Of a DNA stretch of 64,000 nucleotides, positions 21,639 through 33,022 are shown piece after piece. Location of the stretch: positions 14,002 to 78,001 of the forward strand of contig CANFLQ010000002.1 of NCBI GenBank assembly GCA_947447995.1. Reading direction: 5' to 3'. The DNA is from Bacteroidota bacterium. GTDB lineage: Bacteria; Bacteroidota; Bacteroidia; 2-12-FULL-35-15. A program made the position numbers and the translations under genes. Within the stretch, counting starts at the first letter, position 1; each line of letters opens with the position of its first letter. Below the pieces are notes generated by a model that made no database searches, was not told where the DNA came from, and saw nothing but the letters and a program-made list of their open reading frames with translations.

Positions 21639-22553
21639 ATGAAAGAAGAAATAACCGAATGGTTCAAATCTCTACAAGATAATATTTGCAAAGCACTTGA
21701 AAGTGAAGACGCTAGCGGATTTTCAAAATCAGAGGTGAAATTTAAAGAAGATAATTGGTTACGAGAAGAAGGTGGCGGAGGAAGAACCCGTATTTTTCAG
21801 GATGGAAATATTATTGAAAAAGGAGGCGTTAATTTTTCTGCTGTTTATGGAGATGTTCCTGTTTTTTTAAAAAACGAGGATTCTAATTCTACAACTGTAA
21901 ATTCTTCAAAAGACACTTTTTATGCTACCGGTATTTCCATTGTAATACATCCCAAAAATCCTATGTTACCTATCATTCACATGAATGTAAGGTATTTTGA
22001 AATGAGCAATGGTGTTTGGTGGTTTGGTGGAGGAATTGATCTTACACCACATTATGTTGATGAAGAAGATGCTCGGTTTTTTCATTTTTCGTTAAAAACC
22101 GCTTGCGATAAACATCAACCAAATTATTATACAGATTTTAAAAAGTGGGCCGATGACTATTTCTATATTACTCATCGTAAGGAAACCAGAGGAGTAGGAG
22201 GGATATTTTTTGATAGACTAAACTCCTCAAATAAAGAAGATTTGTTTGCATTTGTAAAAGAGGTAGGCAATTCATTTGCACCTATTTACACGCATTTAAT
22301 GGCGAAAAATAAAAATATAACTTATACAGAATTAAATAAACAATGGCAATTGATAAGAAGAGGCCGATATGTAGAGTTTAATTTGGTGTACGACAAAGGT
22401 ACTAAATTTGGTTTAGAAACAAATGGAAGAATTGAATCCATTTTAATGAGTTTGCCTTTAAATGCAAGTTGGGTTTATAATTTTGAACCCATGTCAAACA
22501 GTCGTGAAGAACAGACTTTATCTTTGCTAAAAAAAGGCATAGATTGGATATAA
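21639..22553 (+). CDS. hemF: oxygen-dependent coproporphyrinogen III oxidase
   Basis: EKGGVNFS, HP.NP...HMNVRYF, WWFGGGIDLTP, RRGRYVEFNL.YD.GT.FGL, RIESILMSLP. Confidence 0.96.
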   Translation: MKEEITEWFKSLQDNICKALESEDASGFSKSEVKFKEDNWLREEGGGGRTRIFQDGNIIEKGGVNFSAVYGDVPVFLKNEDSNSTTVNSSKDTFYATGISIVIHPKNPMLPIIHMNVRYFEMSNGVWWFGGGIDLTPHYVDEEDARFFHFSLKTACDKHQPNYYTDFKKWADDYFYITHRKETRGVGGIFFDRLNSSNKEDLFAFVKEVGNSFAPIYTHLMAKNKNITYTELNKQWQLIRRGRYVEFNLVYDKGTKFGLETNGRIESILMSLPLNASWVYNFEPMSNSREEQTLSLLKKGIDWI

Positions 22554-22572
22554 ATAATATCAACGTATTAAA

Positions 22573-24315
22573 TTAATTTCGTTCTCCAATTTGTTGACGC
22601 CACATTGCATAATATAAACCTTTTTGCCCAATTAAATCTTCGTGTTTCCCTTGCTCAATAATATTACCCTTTTCTAATACAAAAATTTTATCTGCATGCA
22701 TTATTGTACTCAACCGATGAGCAATAAGAATTGTTATTTGACTGTTATTTTTGGATAAGTCGCGAATTGTTTTACTAATTTCTTCTTCCGTTAATGAATC
22801 TAACGAAGAAGTAGCTTCATCAAAAACCAATAAAGAAGGTTGACGCAGCAAAGCTCGAGCAATTGATAAACGTTGTTTTTCGCCACCAGAAACTTTTACA
22901 CCGCCTTCTCCAATCATTGTATTAATACCATTATTAGCTCTGGCAAGTAAGTTTTGACAAGCTGATTTGTTTAATACTTCCAAACATTCATCGTCAGTTG
23001 CATTTGGGGCAACAAACAATAAATTTTCTTTGATAGTACCCGCAAATAACTGGGTATCTTGAGTTACAAATCCAATTTGCGATCGCAATTCATCTAAGCC
23101 AATTTTATGTACACTATTTTCATTGTATAAAATATCACCTTCTTGTGGTTGGTATAAACCAACTAGTAATTTTACCAAAGTAGTTTTACCCGAACCCGAA
23201 GGGCCTACAAATGCAATGGTTTCCCCTTTTACTGTTTCAAATGAAATATTTTCTAAGGCTTTATTTTTTGCTGATTTATGTTTAAATGAAACATTTTGAA
23301 ATTTTAATTTTTGTATTTCGTTTATCACAATTGGATATAATGGTTTTTTTTCTTTTGGCGTATCTAAAATGGTTTGAAAGTTTTCCAATGATGCCTCGGC
23401 TTCCCGATAAACTGTAATAATATTACCCAATTCCTGTAATGGCCCAAAAATAAAGAAGGAGTAAATTTGTAATGAAAACAGTTCACCCAAGGTCATCGTT
23501 TCCTTAAAAATTAAAAATAAAAGCAAAAATAAAATACTACTACGTAAAAGGTTTACAAACGTCCCTTGTATAAAACTAATACTTCTGATATAGCGCACTT
23601 TTTTAAGCTCTAATCCAAGTATTTTTATAGTTATACCATTAAGTCGGTTAATTTCCTGATTCGCTAATCCTAAACTTTTTACCAACTCTATATTCCGTAA
23701 AGATTCTGTAGTAGAACCAGCTAAAGAAGTTGTTTCCCCAACTATTTTTTTCTGAATTACTTTTATTCGTTTACTCAAAAGAGATGTAACAAATCCTAAA
23801 ACAGGGACAGATGCAAAATATACAACAGCAATTAACCAATGTATTTTAATGGCATAAACCATCACAAAAACAACACCAACAAGCGATGTGAATAAAATAT
23901 TAACAAAAGCAAAAATAAGTTTTTCAACATCAATTCTCACTTTTTGTAGTTTACCCAATGTTTCGCCACTTTGTTGATCTTCAAATACCTGATAAGGCAA
24001 TTCAAGTGAATGTTTAAGTCCATCGGAATAAATTTGAGCACCTAGTTTTTGAGTAATAACATTGGTATAATAATCCTGAAAATTTTTTGCAATACGAGAC
24101 ACCATTGCAAATCCCATCGACAAAAGGATTAAACTGCCAACACCTTTAATGTATTCGATTTTGGTGTAATTATGATGGTTGGATCCATAATTATCAACAA
24201 GATGCTTAAAAACTAATGGATCTAAAAGCGAGAATATTTGATTAATAGTAGCTAATATCAATGCCAGAGCTACGAATTTTTTATATTGTTTTAGATAATT
24301 AAAGAGTAGTTTCAT
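22573..24315 (-). CDS. ABC exporter, fused TMD + ATPase
   Basis: N-terminal TM helices; GPSGSGKT, VSGGEKQR, FDEATSSLD, AHRLST; TACCTTTG -7 at 24329-24336. Confidence 0.92.
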   Translation of the reverse strand: MKLLFNYLKQYKKFVALALILATINQIFSLLDPLVFKHLVDNYGSNHHNYTKIEYIKGVGSLILLSMGFAMVSRIAKNFQDYYTNVITQKLGAQIYSDGLKHSLELPYQVFEDQQSGETLGKLQKVRIDVEKLIFAFVNILFTSLVGVVFVMVYAIKIHWLIAVVYFASVPVLGFVTSLLSKRIKVIQKKIVGETTSLAGSTTESLRNIELVKSLGLANQEINRLNGITIKILGLELKKVRYIRSISFIQGTFVNLLRSSILFLLLFLIFKETMTLGELFSLQIYSFFIFGPLQELGNIITVYREAEASLENFQTILDTPKEKKPLYPIVINEIQKLKFQNVSFKHKSAKNKALENISFETVKGETIAFVGPSGSGKTTLVKLLVGLYQPQEGDILYNENSVHKIGLDELRSQIGFVTQDTQLFAGTIKENLLFVAPNATDDECLEVLNKSACQNLLARANNGINTMIGEGGVKVSGGEKQRLSIARALLRQPSLLVFDEATSSLDSLTEEEISKTIRDLSKNNSQITILIAHRLSTIMHADKIFVLEKGNIIEQGKHEDLIGQKGLYYAMWRQQIGERN

Positions 24316-24556
24316 AAAAAAATTTTCGCAAAGGTATTAAGTAAAACAAAAGTTTTAATATTTATATTGATAATAGTTTTAAAATATATTTGTTTTTAAT
24401 TGAATATAGCATTGCAATTTTTTACTTTAGATAAAAAACACGCGTATTAATTGGTAGGAGTTTAATTATCTAGTTTATGAATATTTAATTAAAAATAAAT
24501 AATATATAAAAAAATCACCTTTTAAGATTGCTTCTTTTTAATTTCTGTTGAAGTGA

Positions 24557-26086
<1,530 letters not shown>

Positions 26087-26125
26087 TGCACTAAATTAAA
26101 TTGAAAATACTTAACAAAATTTAAC

Positions 26126-26156
26126 AAAATACCTCCTGAATATTAGGGGGTGTTTT
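26126..26156 (+). terminator. probable terminator hairpin after guaB
   Basis: AAAATACCTCCTGA/TTAGGGGGTGTTTT with G-U pairs and a T-rich tail. Confidence 0.55.
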
Positions 26157-26214
26157 ATTTTGATACTTAGTTATAATAGTTACATTTGCTATCCTAAATT
26201 TAATAATAAAATTC

Positions 26215-28182
26215 ATGTATAGATTATCTGTTTCTAAATCAATAATACTTTCACTTGCATTATTATCGTATAATGGTACCAAAGCTCAGTCTAACAAAAA
26301 CAATGTGTTGATGACTGTTGGTAATAGTAAAATTACAGTGGAAGATTTTTTAAATGTATATCATAAAAATAATTCGACAGAAAATTTAAAGGACACAAAA
26401 TCTTTGGATGAGTATGTGAATTTATTTGTAAACTTTAAATTAAAAGTAAAAGAAGCCGAAGAGTTAGGTTTAGATACCGTAAAATCTTTTAAAGATGAGC
26501 TCTCAGGTTATCGTAAACAACTTGCTCAACCATATTTAACGGACAAAGCTGTTAATGAAAAACTGTTACAAGAAACATATACCCGATTACAAACAGATAT
26601 AAGAGCATCTCATATTTTAGTAAAATGTAATGAAAATGCCTTGCCAAAAGATACGTTAGAAGCATATAATAAAATTATGAAAATACGTACCCGTATTTTA
26701 AAAGGTGAAAATTTTAATAACGTAGCATCGGAAAAAGGAATTTCTGACGATCCATCTGCGAAGGATAATGGAGGCAATTTAGGCTATTTTACTGCACTGC
26801 AAATGGTTTACCCATTTGAAACAGCAGCTTATAATACCAAAATTGGAAATATATCTATGCCTATTCGCACACGTTTTGGTTATCACATTGTAAAAGTTAC
26901 AGATTCCAGAAAAGCGAGAGGCGAAGTTCTTACAGCACATATTATGGTTAAAACTCCTGTTAACATGAGTAAAGACGATTCATTAACAGCCAAAACAAAA
27001 ATTACTGAAATTTATAACAAACTTAAAGCAGGTGAAAAATTTGAAGACATGGCAACACAGTTTTCGGATGATAAAGCTTCGGCAAAAAAAGGAGGAGAAT
27101 TACCTTGGTTTGGAACAAATAAAATGCCTGCTGAATTTGAAGAAACTTCATTTTTATTGCAAAATAAAGGAGATTTTTCTTTACCAGTAAAAACGCAATA
27201 TGGATGGCACATAATTAAATTAATAGATAAAAAAGCTTTAGCTTCATTTAATGAAATGAAAAATGAGCTAAAAGCAAAAGTTACAAAGGATTCTAGATCA
27301 CAAGTTGGAAAAGAATCATTAATAGCAAAACTAAAATTAGAATATTCGTGTAAAGAAATCCAGAAAACTCGTGAAGATTTCTACAAAGTAGTTGATACCA
27401 CATTGTTTGACGGACGTTGGGATATTGCAAAAGCTGGTTCTTTATCAAAAACAATGTTTAATTTTAATGATAAAATATACACACAAAAAGATTTTGCAAA
27501 CTATATTAATAGCCATCAAAGTAAACGATCAAAAGCTGACATTAAAATGGTAGTTGATAATTTGTATAAACAATTTGTTGATGAATCTATTATTGCTTAT
27601 GAAGAATCAAGATTAGATATAAAATACCCCGAATTTAAGGCATTAATACAAGAATATCGTGATGGGATTTTATTATTTGAATTGACTGATAAAAAAGTAT
27701 GGTCAAAGGCTATTAAGGATACAATAGGTTCTAAAGAATATTATGAAAATAATAAAAATAATTATATGTGGAATGAACGTGCCGACGCAAGTATTTACAG
27801 TTGTGCTGATGAAAAGATAGCTAAAAAGGTTCATGATTTATTAAAAATTGGGAAAGCTGAAAAAGAAATAATTTCGGAAGTAAATAAAATTTCTCAACTA
27901 AATTTACAAGTTGAAACTCGCACCTTTAACAAAGGAGAGAATGATATGATTGATAAAAATTGGACTCCAGGAATATCTGAGATAATAGTTTCTCCTACTT
28001 CTAAGGAAAATATTGTTATTTCTGTTAACAAATTATTAAAACCAGAACCAAAATCATATATAGATTCAAAAGGAGTTGTTACTGCCGATTATCAGAATTA
28101 CCTTGAAAAAAAATGGCTTGAAGAATTAAAATTAAAATACAAAGTAACAATTGACAAAGATGTATTAGCTACTATAAAATAA
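26215..28182 (+). CDS. periplasmic parvulin-type peptidylprolyl isomerase (two PpiC domains)
   Basis: Signal peptide ending KAQ; RASHILV...SDDPSAKDNGGNLGYF...FGYHIV and AHIMV...SDD..SAKKGGEL.WF...YGWHII; TACATTTG -7 at 26181-26188. Confidence 0.9.
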   Translation: MYRLSVSKSIILSLALLSYNGTKAQSNKNNVLMTVGNSKITVEDFLNVYHKNNSTENLKDTKSLDEYVNLFVNFKLKVKEAEELGLDTVKSFKDELSGYRKQLAQPYLTDKAVNEKLLQETYTRLQTDIRASHILVKCNENALPKDTLEAYNKIMKIRTRILKGENFNNVASEKGISDDPSAKDNGGNLGYFTALQMVYPFETAAYNTKIGNISMPIRTRFGYHIVKVTDSRKARGEVLTAHIMVKTPVNMSKDDSLTAKTKITEIYNKLKAGEKFEDMATQFSDDKASAKKGGELPWFGTNKMPAEFEETSFLLQNKGDFSLPVKTQYGWHIIKLIDKKALASFNEMKNELKAKVTKDSRSQVGKESLIAKLKLEYSCKEIQKTREDFYKVVDTTLFDGRWDIAKAGSLSKTMFNFNDKIYTQKDFANYINSHQSKRSKADIKMVVDNLYKQFVDESIIAYEESRLDIKYPEFKALIQEYRDGILLFELTDKKVWSKAIKDTIGSKEYYENNKNNYMWNERADASIYSCADEKIAKKVHDLLKIGKAEKEIISEVNKISQLNLQVETRTFNKGENDMIDKNWTPGISEIIVSPTSKENIVISVNKLLKPEPKSYIDSKGVVTADYQNYLEKKWLEELKLKYKVTIDKDVLATIK

Positions 28183-28201
28183 CTTTTAAAAAATATATTT
28201 T

Positions 28202-28237
28202 AAAAACTACCCTTTCAAAAATGAAAGGGTAGTTTTT
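28202..28237. terminator. intrinsic terminator / intra-operon hairpin
   Basis: Perfect 16-bp inverted repeat AAAAACTACCCTTTCA/TGAAAGGGTAGTTTTT. Confidence 0.75.
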
Positions 28238-28269
28238 TTATCAGCAATCTTTATTAATAAATATCAAAT

Positions 28270-29154
28270 TTGAAACATTTAATAAATAAATATCATTTTT
28301 TATTCGGCTTGTTTTTTTTGTTTTTAAATTCTTGTAATACAAAAAACGAAAAGGCTTCAAAAATGCTACCTATTGCACGTGCTAATGATGGTTTTTTATA
28401 TTTGGATAATATTAAGGGAGTAATTCCTGTTGGTACCTCATCGAAAGACAGTATAGAATTAATTAAAAAATACATTGATAATTGGTTACATTCTACATTG
28501 GTGATTCAAAAAGCGGAAGATAATCTGACGGAGGAACAAAAAAATGTTGAAGCGCAGTTAAATGATTATCGCAATTCACTTATCACTTATATTTATGAAA
28601 AAGAACTGGTAAAACAAAAATTAGATACTATAATAAGTAACGAGGAAATTGAGGAGTATTACAATAATAATAAAGGTAATTTTGAGTTGAAGGATAATAT
28701 AATTAAGGTTGTTTATGTTAAAGTAAATAAAAAAGCTCCAGGTCTTAACGATCTAAAAAAGTGGTATAAATCGGATATTCAAAAGGATAAAGATCGCCTT
28801 TCAGATTATTGCCATCAATTTGCTGAAAATTTTTATTTGAATGAGGATTCTTGGTTATTATTTGATGACTTACTAAAAGAAATACCTATTCAAACATACA
28901 ATAAGGAATTGTTTTTACAGAATAATAGATATGTAGAAGTTAGTGATTCTACCAATAATTATTTTTTAAACATCAAAGGATTTAAAATTCGAAACAGTTT
29001 ATCTCCTTTAAGCTTTGAATCTACAAATATCAAAAATATTATCCTAAATAAACGTAAATTGCAACTCATTACAAAAATGAAACAAGATATTTATAATGAT
29101 GCAGTAAACACTAATAAAATTGAAATCTATAAAAATGAACTACAAAAAAAATAA
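28270..29154 (+). CDS. SurA/PPIase-related lipoprotein
   Basis: Lipobox-like FLNSC; SurA-N-like helical segments (ISNEEIEEYY..NK.NF); lies between two PPIase genes. Confidence 0.7.
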   Translation: MKHLINKYHFLFGLFFLFLNSCNTKNEKASKMLPIARANDGFLYLDNIKGVIPVGTSSKDSIELIKKYIDNWLHSTLVIQKAEDNLTEEQKNVEAQLNDYRNSLITYIYEKELVKQKLDTIISNEEIEEYYNNNKGNFELKDNIIKVVYVKVNKKAPGLNDLKKWYKSDIQKDKDRLSDYCHQFAENFYLNEDSWLLFDDLLKEIPIQTYNKELFLQNNRYVEVSDSTNNYFLNIKGFKIRNSLSPLSFESTNIKNIILNKRKLQLITKMKQDIYNDAVNTNKIEIYKNELQKK

Positions 29155-30493
29155 ATTATTTCTGTTTAGTATTTTAATATTTACAGGTTTTAAGTTATTT
29201 TCTCAAGAAGTGGTAATTGATAGGGTAATTGCTGTGGTTGGAGTTAATCCAATTTTACAATCAGAGCTTGAAACACAATATCAACAAATGGTTACTGCGC
29301 AGGAAGTTATTAATGAAAATTCCCGTTGTAAATTGCTTGATGAGCTTTTATATCAAAAATTATTATTGGCTCAAGCTCAAAAAGATAGTTTGGATGTATC
29401 AGAAGCCCAGATAGAACAAGAGCTGGATAGACGTATGAACTATTACCTTCAACAATTTGGAAGTGAGGAACGTTTTACTGCATTTTATGGAAAATCGGTA
29501 GACGACTATAAGAACGATTTGAAGGACAATGTAAAAAACATATTGTTATCACAGCAAATGCAAAGCAAAATTACCAGCGATATAACCGTAACTCCCAGTG
29601 AAGTACGAACTTTTTACAATAGTATTCCGGAAGATTCTATCCCCTTTATTAATGCAGAAGTAGAAGTAGGGCAAATAGTTAAAAAACCTCAAGTTTCGAC
29701 TCAAGCAAAAAAAGAAGCGAAAGAAAAAATTGAAGGTATTCGTAAAAAAATAGTAACAGGAGAAAGTTCATTTACTGCAATGGCAGCATTGTATTCCGAA
29801 GATCCAGGATCGGCAAGTAAAGGTGGTGTTTACGAAGGTATTCAACGGGGGCAGTTTGTTCCTGAATGGGACGCTTGGGCATTCAAATTAAAACCAAATG
29901 AAATAAGCGATGTTTTTGAAACTGTTTATGGATATTTTATTGTGCAATTAATTGAACGAAGAGGTAATGAAGTAGATGCCCGCAGTTTATTAATTACTCC
30001 CAAAGTGGATGTTGATGGGATGTTAAAAGCAAAACTATCTTTGGATACTATTTATTCTCATGTTTCGTCTGATTCTATTGCTTTTAATCAAGCAGCAGCA
30101 AAATATTCTGATGATGAAGAAAGTAAAAATAATGGTGGAGTTATTTTAAATCCATATAATGGAACTACACGTTTTCAGATGGATGAATTAGGTCAAATGG
30201 ATCAAACAGTTGCATTTGCCATTGATAAATTAAAAGTAGGAGAATTTACTAAGCCAATGCCTATGACAGGGCGTGATGGAAAACAAGCTTATCGTATTGT
30301 ATATTTAAGAAATAGAACCGTTCCTCATAGAGCAAATTTAACGGACGATTATCAAAAAATGCAAGGCATAGCACTTAATAAAAAACAACAAGAAGCAATC
30401 AGTAATTGGATCAAAAAAAAATCAGTAAATACGTATGTTCATATAACTGATGATTACAAAAACTGTTCTTTTAGTCATAAATGGATAAATTGA
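29135..30493 (+). CDS. surA: SurA-like periplasmic chaperone/PPIase
   Basis: IDRVIAVVG...ILQSELE SurA-N, two parvulin domains (YSEDPGSASKGG; YSDDEESKNNGG); start moved to ATG 29135. Confidence 0.8.
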   Translation: MNYKKNKLFLFSILIFTGFKLFSQEVVIDRVIAVVGVNPILQSELETQYQQMVTAQEVINENSRCKLLDELLYQKLLLAQAQKDSLDVSEAQIEQELDRRMNYYLQQFGSEERFTAFYGKSVDDYKNDLKDNVKNILLSQQMQSKITSDITVTPSEVRTFYNSIPEDSIPFINAEVEVGQIVKKPQVSTQAKKEAKEKIEGIRKKIVTGESSFTAMAALYSEDPGSASKGGVYEGIQRGQFVPEWDAWAFKLKPNEISDVFETVYGYFIVQLIERRGNEVDARSLLITPKVDVDGMLKAKLSLDTIYSHVSSDSIAFNQAAAKYSDDEESKNNGGVILNPYNGTTRFQMDELGQMDQTVAFAIDKLKVGEFTKPMPMTGRDGKQAYRIVYLRNRTVPHRANLTDDYQKMQGIALNKKQQEAISNWIKKKSVNTYVHITDDYKNCSFSHKWIN

Positions 30494-30554
30494 GCCTCAG
30501 CCCTTCATCCCTTTACCTAAAGGAGCGGGGATAAAAGGATAAAAAAATAAAAAC

Positions 30555-31517
30555 ATGTATAAATCAGATGTAGAAGCCGTTGATGCCTTTGTGGGTAAAT
30601 ACAAAGAGTTAAATACTGAAATAGGAAAGGTTATTATAGGTCAAAACGATGTTGTTAAAGATGTTTTAATATCTATTTTTAGCAAAGGACATTGTTTGTT
30701 GGTGGGGGTTCCTGGCCTAGCAAAAACACTATTGGTAAATACCATTTCAGAAACGTTAGGTTTAACGTATAATCGTATTCAGTTTACTCCCGATTTGATG
30801 CCTTCGGACATTATTGGATCCGAAATTTTAGGAGAAGATCGAAATTTTAAATTTATTAAAGGACCGCTATTTGCTAATATAATTTTGGCGGATGAGATTA
30901 ACCGTACACCACCAAAAACACAAGCCGCATTGCTTGAAGCCATGCAGGAACGCAGCATAACAACAGGTGGGAAAAGATACGAACTAGGTAATCCCTTTTT
31001 TGTACTAGCAACTCAAAACCCAATAGAGCAGGAGGGAACTTATGCATTACCGGAGGCTCAGTTGGATAGGTTTATGTTTAATGTTTGGTTAGATTATCCA
31101 AACTACGAAGATGAATTAATGGTTGTAAAAAATACCACTTCTAACAAAAAAACAGAACTAAAAAAAATATTAAGCACCGAAGAAATTATTTATTTTCAGG
31201 AGTTAGTGCGTCGTATTCCTGTATCAGATAATGTGTTAGAATATGCAGTAAAATTAGCTACTAAAACCCGCCCAAATACCCATATGGCTGCTCAAATTGC
31301 CAACGATTATTTATTATGGGGTGCAGGACCAAGAGCATCACAATTTTTAGTAATTGGAGCCAAATGCCACGCATTAACAAAAGGTAAATACTCTCCTGAC
31401 ATTGAAGATGTAAAGGCTATTGCAAAGGCTATTCTTCGTCATAGAATTGTACGCAATTACAAAGCCGAAGCAGAAGGAATTACAACCGATAAAATTATTG
31501 ATGAATTGTTGAAATAG
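30555..31517 (+). CDS. MoxR-family AAA+ ATPase
   Basis: GVPGLAKT, RIQFTPDLMPSD, LADEINRTPPKTQAALLEAMQE, ATQNPIEQEGTY.LPEAQLDRF. Confidence 0.95.
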   Translation: MYKSDVEAVDAFVGKYKELNTEIGKVIIGQNDVVKDVLISIFSKGHCLLVGVPGLAKTLLVNTISETLGLTYNRIQFTPDLMPSDIIGSEILGEDRNFKFIKGPLFANIILADEINRTPPKTQAALLEAMQERSITTGGKRYELGNPFFVLATQNPIEQEGTYALPEAQLDRFMFNVWLDYPNYEDELMVVKNTTSNKKTELKKILSTEEIIYFQELVRRIPVSDNVLEYAVKLATKTRPNTHMAAQIANDYLLWGAGPRASQFLVIGAKCHALTKGKYSPDIEDVKAIAKAILRHRIVRNYKAEAEGITTDKIIDELLK

Positions 31518-31529
31518 ATTGCAACTATT

Positions 31530-32018
31530 CTACTTCATATTTACAAATTGCAACGGCAATTCGTAACTTCCTTGTCGCATTAAGGAAATAACAGCCTGTA
31601 AATCGTCTATCTTTTTGGCGGTAACACGCACCTGATCGTCCATCATTTGTGCTTGCACCTTTAGTTTGGAATCTTTGATGTCTTTAATAATTGTTCTGGC
31701 AACATCCTTATCAATCCCCTCTCGTACTTTAATATCCTTACGGATCATAAAACCGGAAGCGACCTGTTCTTTGCCAAAATCTAAACACAAAGGATTCAGA
31801 TGTTGTTTAATCATTCGGCTGCGAATAACATCAATAATAGAATCCATTCGCATATCATTTTCAGTCAATACATTTATGATCATTGCTTTTTTATCCAAAG
31901 TAATTTCCGTTTTGGAACCATTAAAATCAAAGCGATTGGTAATTTCTTTGCGAGCAACATTAATTGCATTATCGAGCAATTGAGCATCTACTTTATTTAC
32001 AATATCAAATGAAGGCAT
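31530..32018 (-). CDS. yajQ: YajQ family nucleotide/c-di-GMP-binding protein
   Basis: MPSFDIV, NRFDF, KLKVQAQ...QVRVT.KK.DDLQ, LPLQF.N; start moved to ATG 32018. Confidence 0.92.
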   Translation of the reverse strand: MPSFDIVNKVDAQLLDNAINVARKEITNRFDFNGSKTEITLDKKAMIINVLTENDMRMDSIIDVIRSRMIKQHLNPLCLDFGKEQVASGFMIRKDIKVREGIDKDVARTIIKDIKDSKLKVQAQMMDDQVRVTAKKIDDLQAVISLMRQGSYELPLQFVNMK

Positions 32019-32037
32019 GTGAAATGGGGAAATGATT

Positions 32038-32997
32038 TTAAAACATATAAGCGTATCGCTGATGAGCAAACTTGCTTTTTATAAAATGTATATTATGACT
32101 AAATGCAAGCATTATTTCATGAGTACCTCTACTATATGGTCTTACTTTGCTTGTAAGTATATCGTACGAATAACTAACTTGTAAACAATCCCAAAATGTT
32201 CCGCCAACTTGTAAAGCTATAGCATCTTTCATTCTTAATGAAAAACCTGCAAATACTTTATTTAGATAATGTAAACGAAGTGTATAATCAAGGCTAACGG
32301 GTACAGAAGGTACATAATTAACATAAAGTGTATTTTCTATAATAAAATTAGGATTATTAGAGTAGTTATACCCTAATGTGAAATTTCCATGAGGAACATT
32401 TTGTATGATTCCTTTTTTAGCAGTATCATTTTTAAAAAATTCACCTTTTGATTGAACCAAATGTAAAGCGCTAAAACCGAAATGAAAGCGATCATTGTAT
32501 AAATACATTCCAAAACTTGCATCAGGAATCCAATCATAACTTGTTTTAGTTTGGTCTATTGCAGGGTCTTGGGTATTATGCAATGTTATTTGGCTTCCGT
32601 CTAAAGTATATTTTGTGAAATTTCCAGCAGCTCCTATAGATAATTCAACATCTGGGAAGCGTATGTGATAAGCATAACTTGCACTTATGTCTGTTTGTTT
32701 TGAAGGTCCTATTTGATCTTTTAAAACAGATAAACCTGCACCCATCTTTCCTTTGAAAAATCTTCCATGAACACTAAATGCCATAGTACTAGGTGCTCCG
32801 TCGTATCCAACCCATTGTATACGATCATTTATTCGGACATCAATGGTTCTTTTAGTTCCTGTTATAGCAGGATTTATCATGTACATATTCGTTTTAAATT
32901 GCGTATAATAAGGCAATTGCTGCGCATACAATTGAGTACCCTTTTTATTCACAAGTAATAAAATAGCAATTAGGTATAATAATGTATACTTTTTCAA
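32038..32997 (-). CDS. PorP/SprF family T9SS outer-membrane protein
   Basis: QQLPYYTQF...INPA.TG, R.QWVG.DGAP.T, ASYAYH, YSYD...S...GTHEI; immediately downstream of a type-B CTD gene. Confidence 0.9.
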   Translation of the reverse strand: MKKYTLLYLIAILLLVNKKGTQLYAQQLPYYTQFKTNMYMINPAITGTKRTIDVRINDRIQWVGYDGAPSTMAFSVHGRFFKGKMGAGLSVLKDQIGPSKQTDISASYAYHIRFPDVELSIGAAGNFTKYTLDGSQITLHNTQDPAIDQTKTSYDWIPDASFGMYLYNDRFHFGFSALHLVQSKGEFFKNDTAKKGIIQNVPHGNFTLGYNYSNNPNFIIENTLYVNYVPSVPVSLDYTLRLHYLNKVFAGFSLRMKDAIALQVGGTFWDCLQVSYSYDILTSKVRPYSRGTHEIMLAFSHNIHFIKSKFAHQRYAYMF

Positions 32998-33022
32998 CAG
33001 GTTATAATTTGCATTAATTTTC

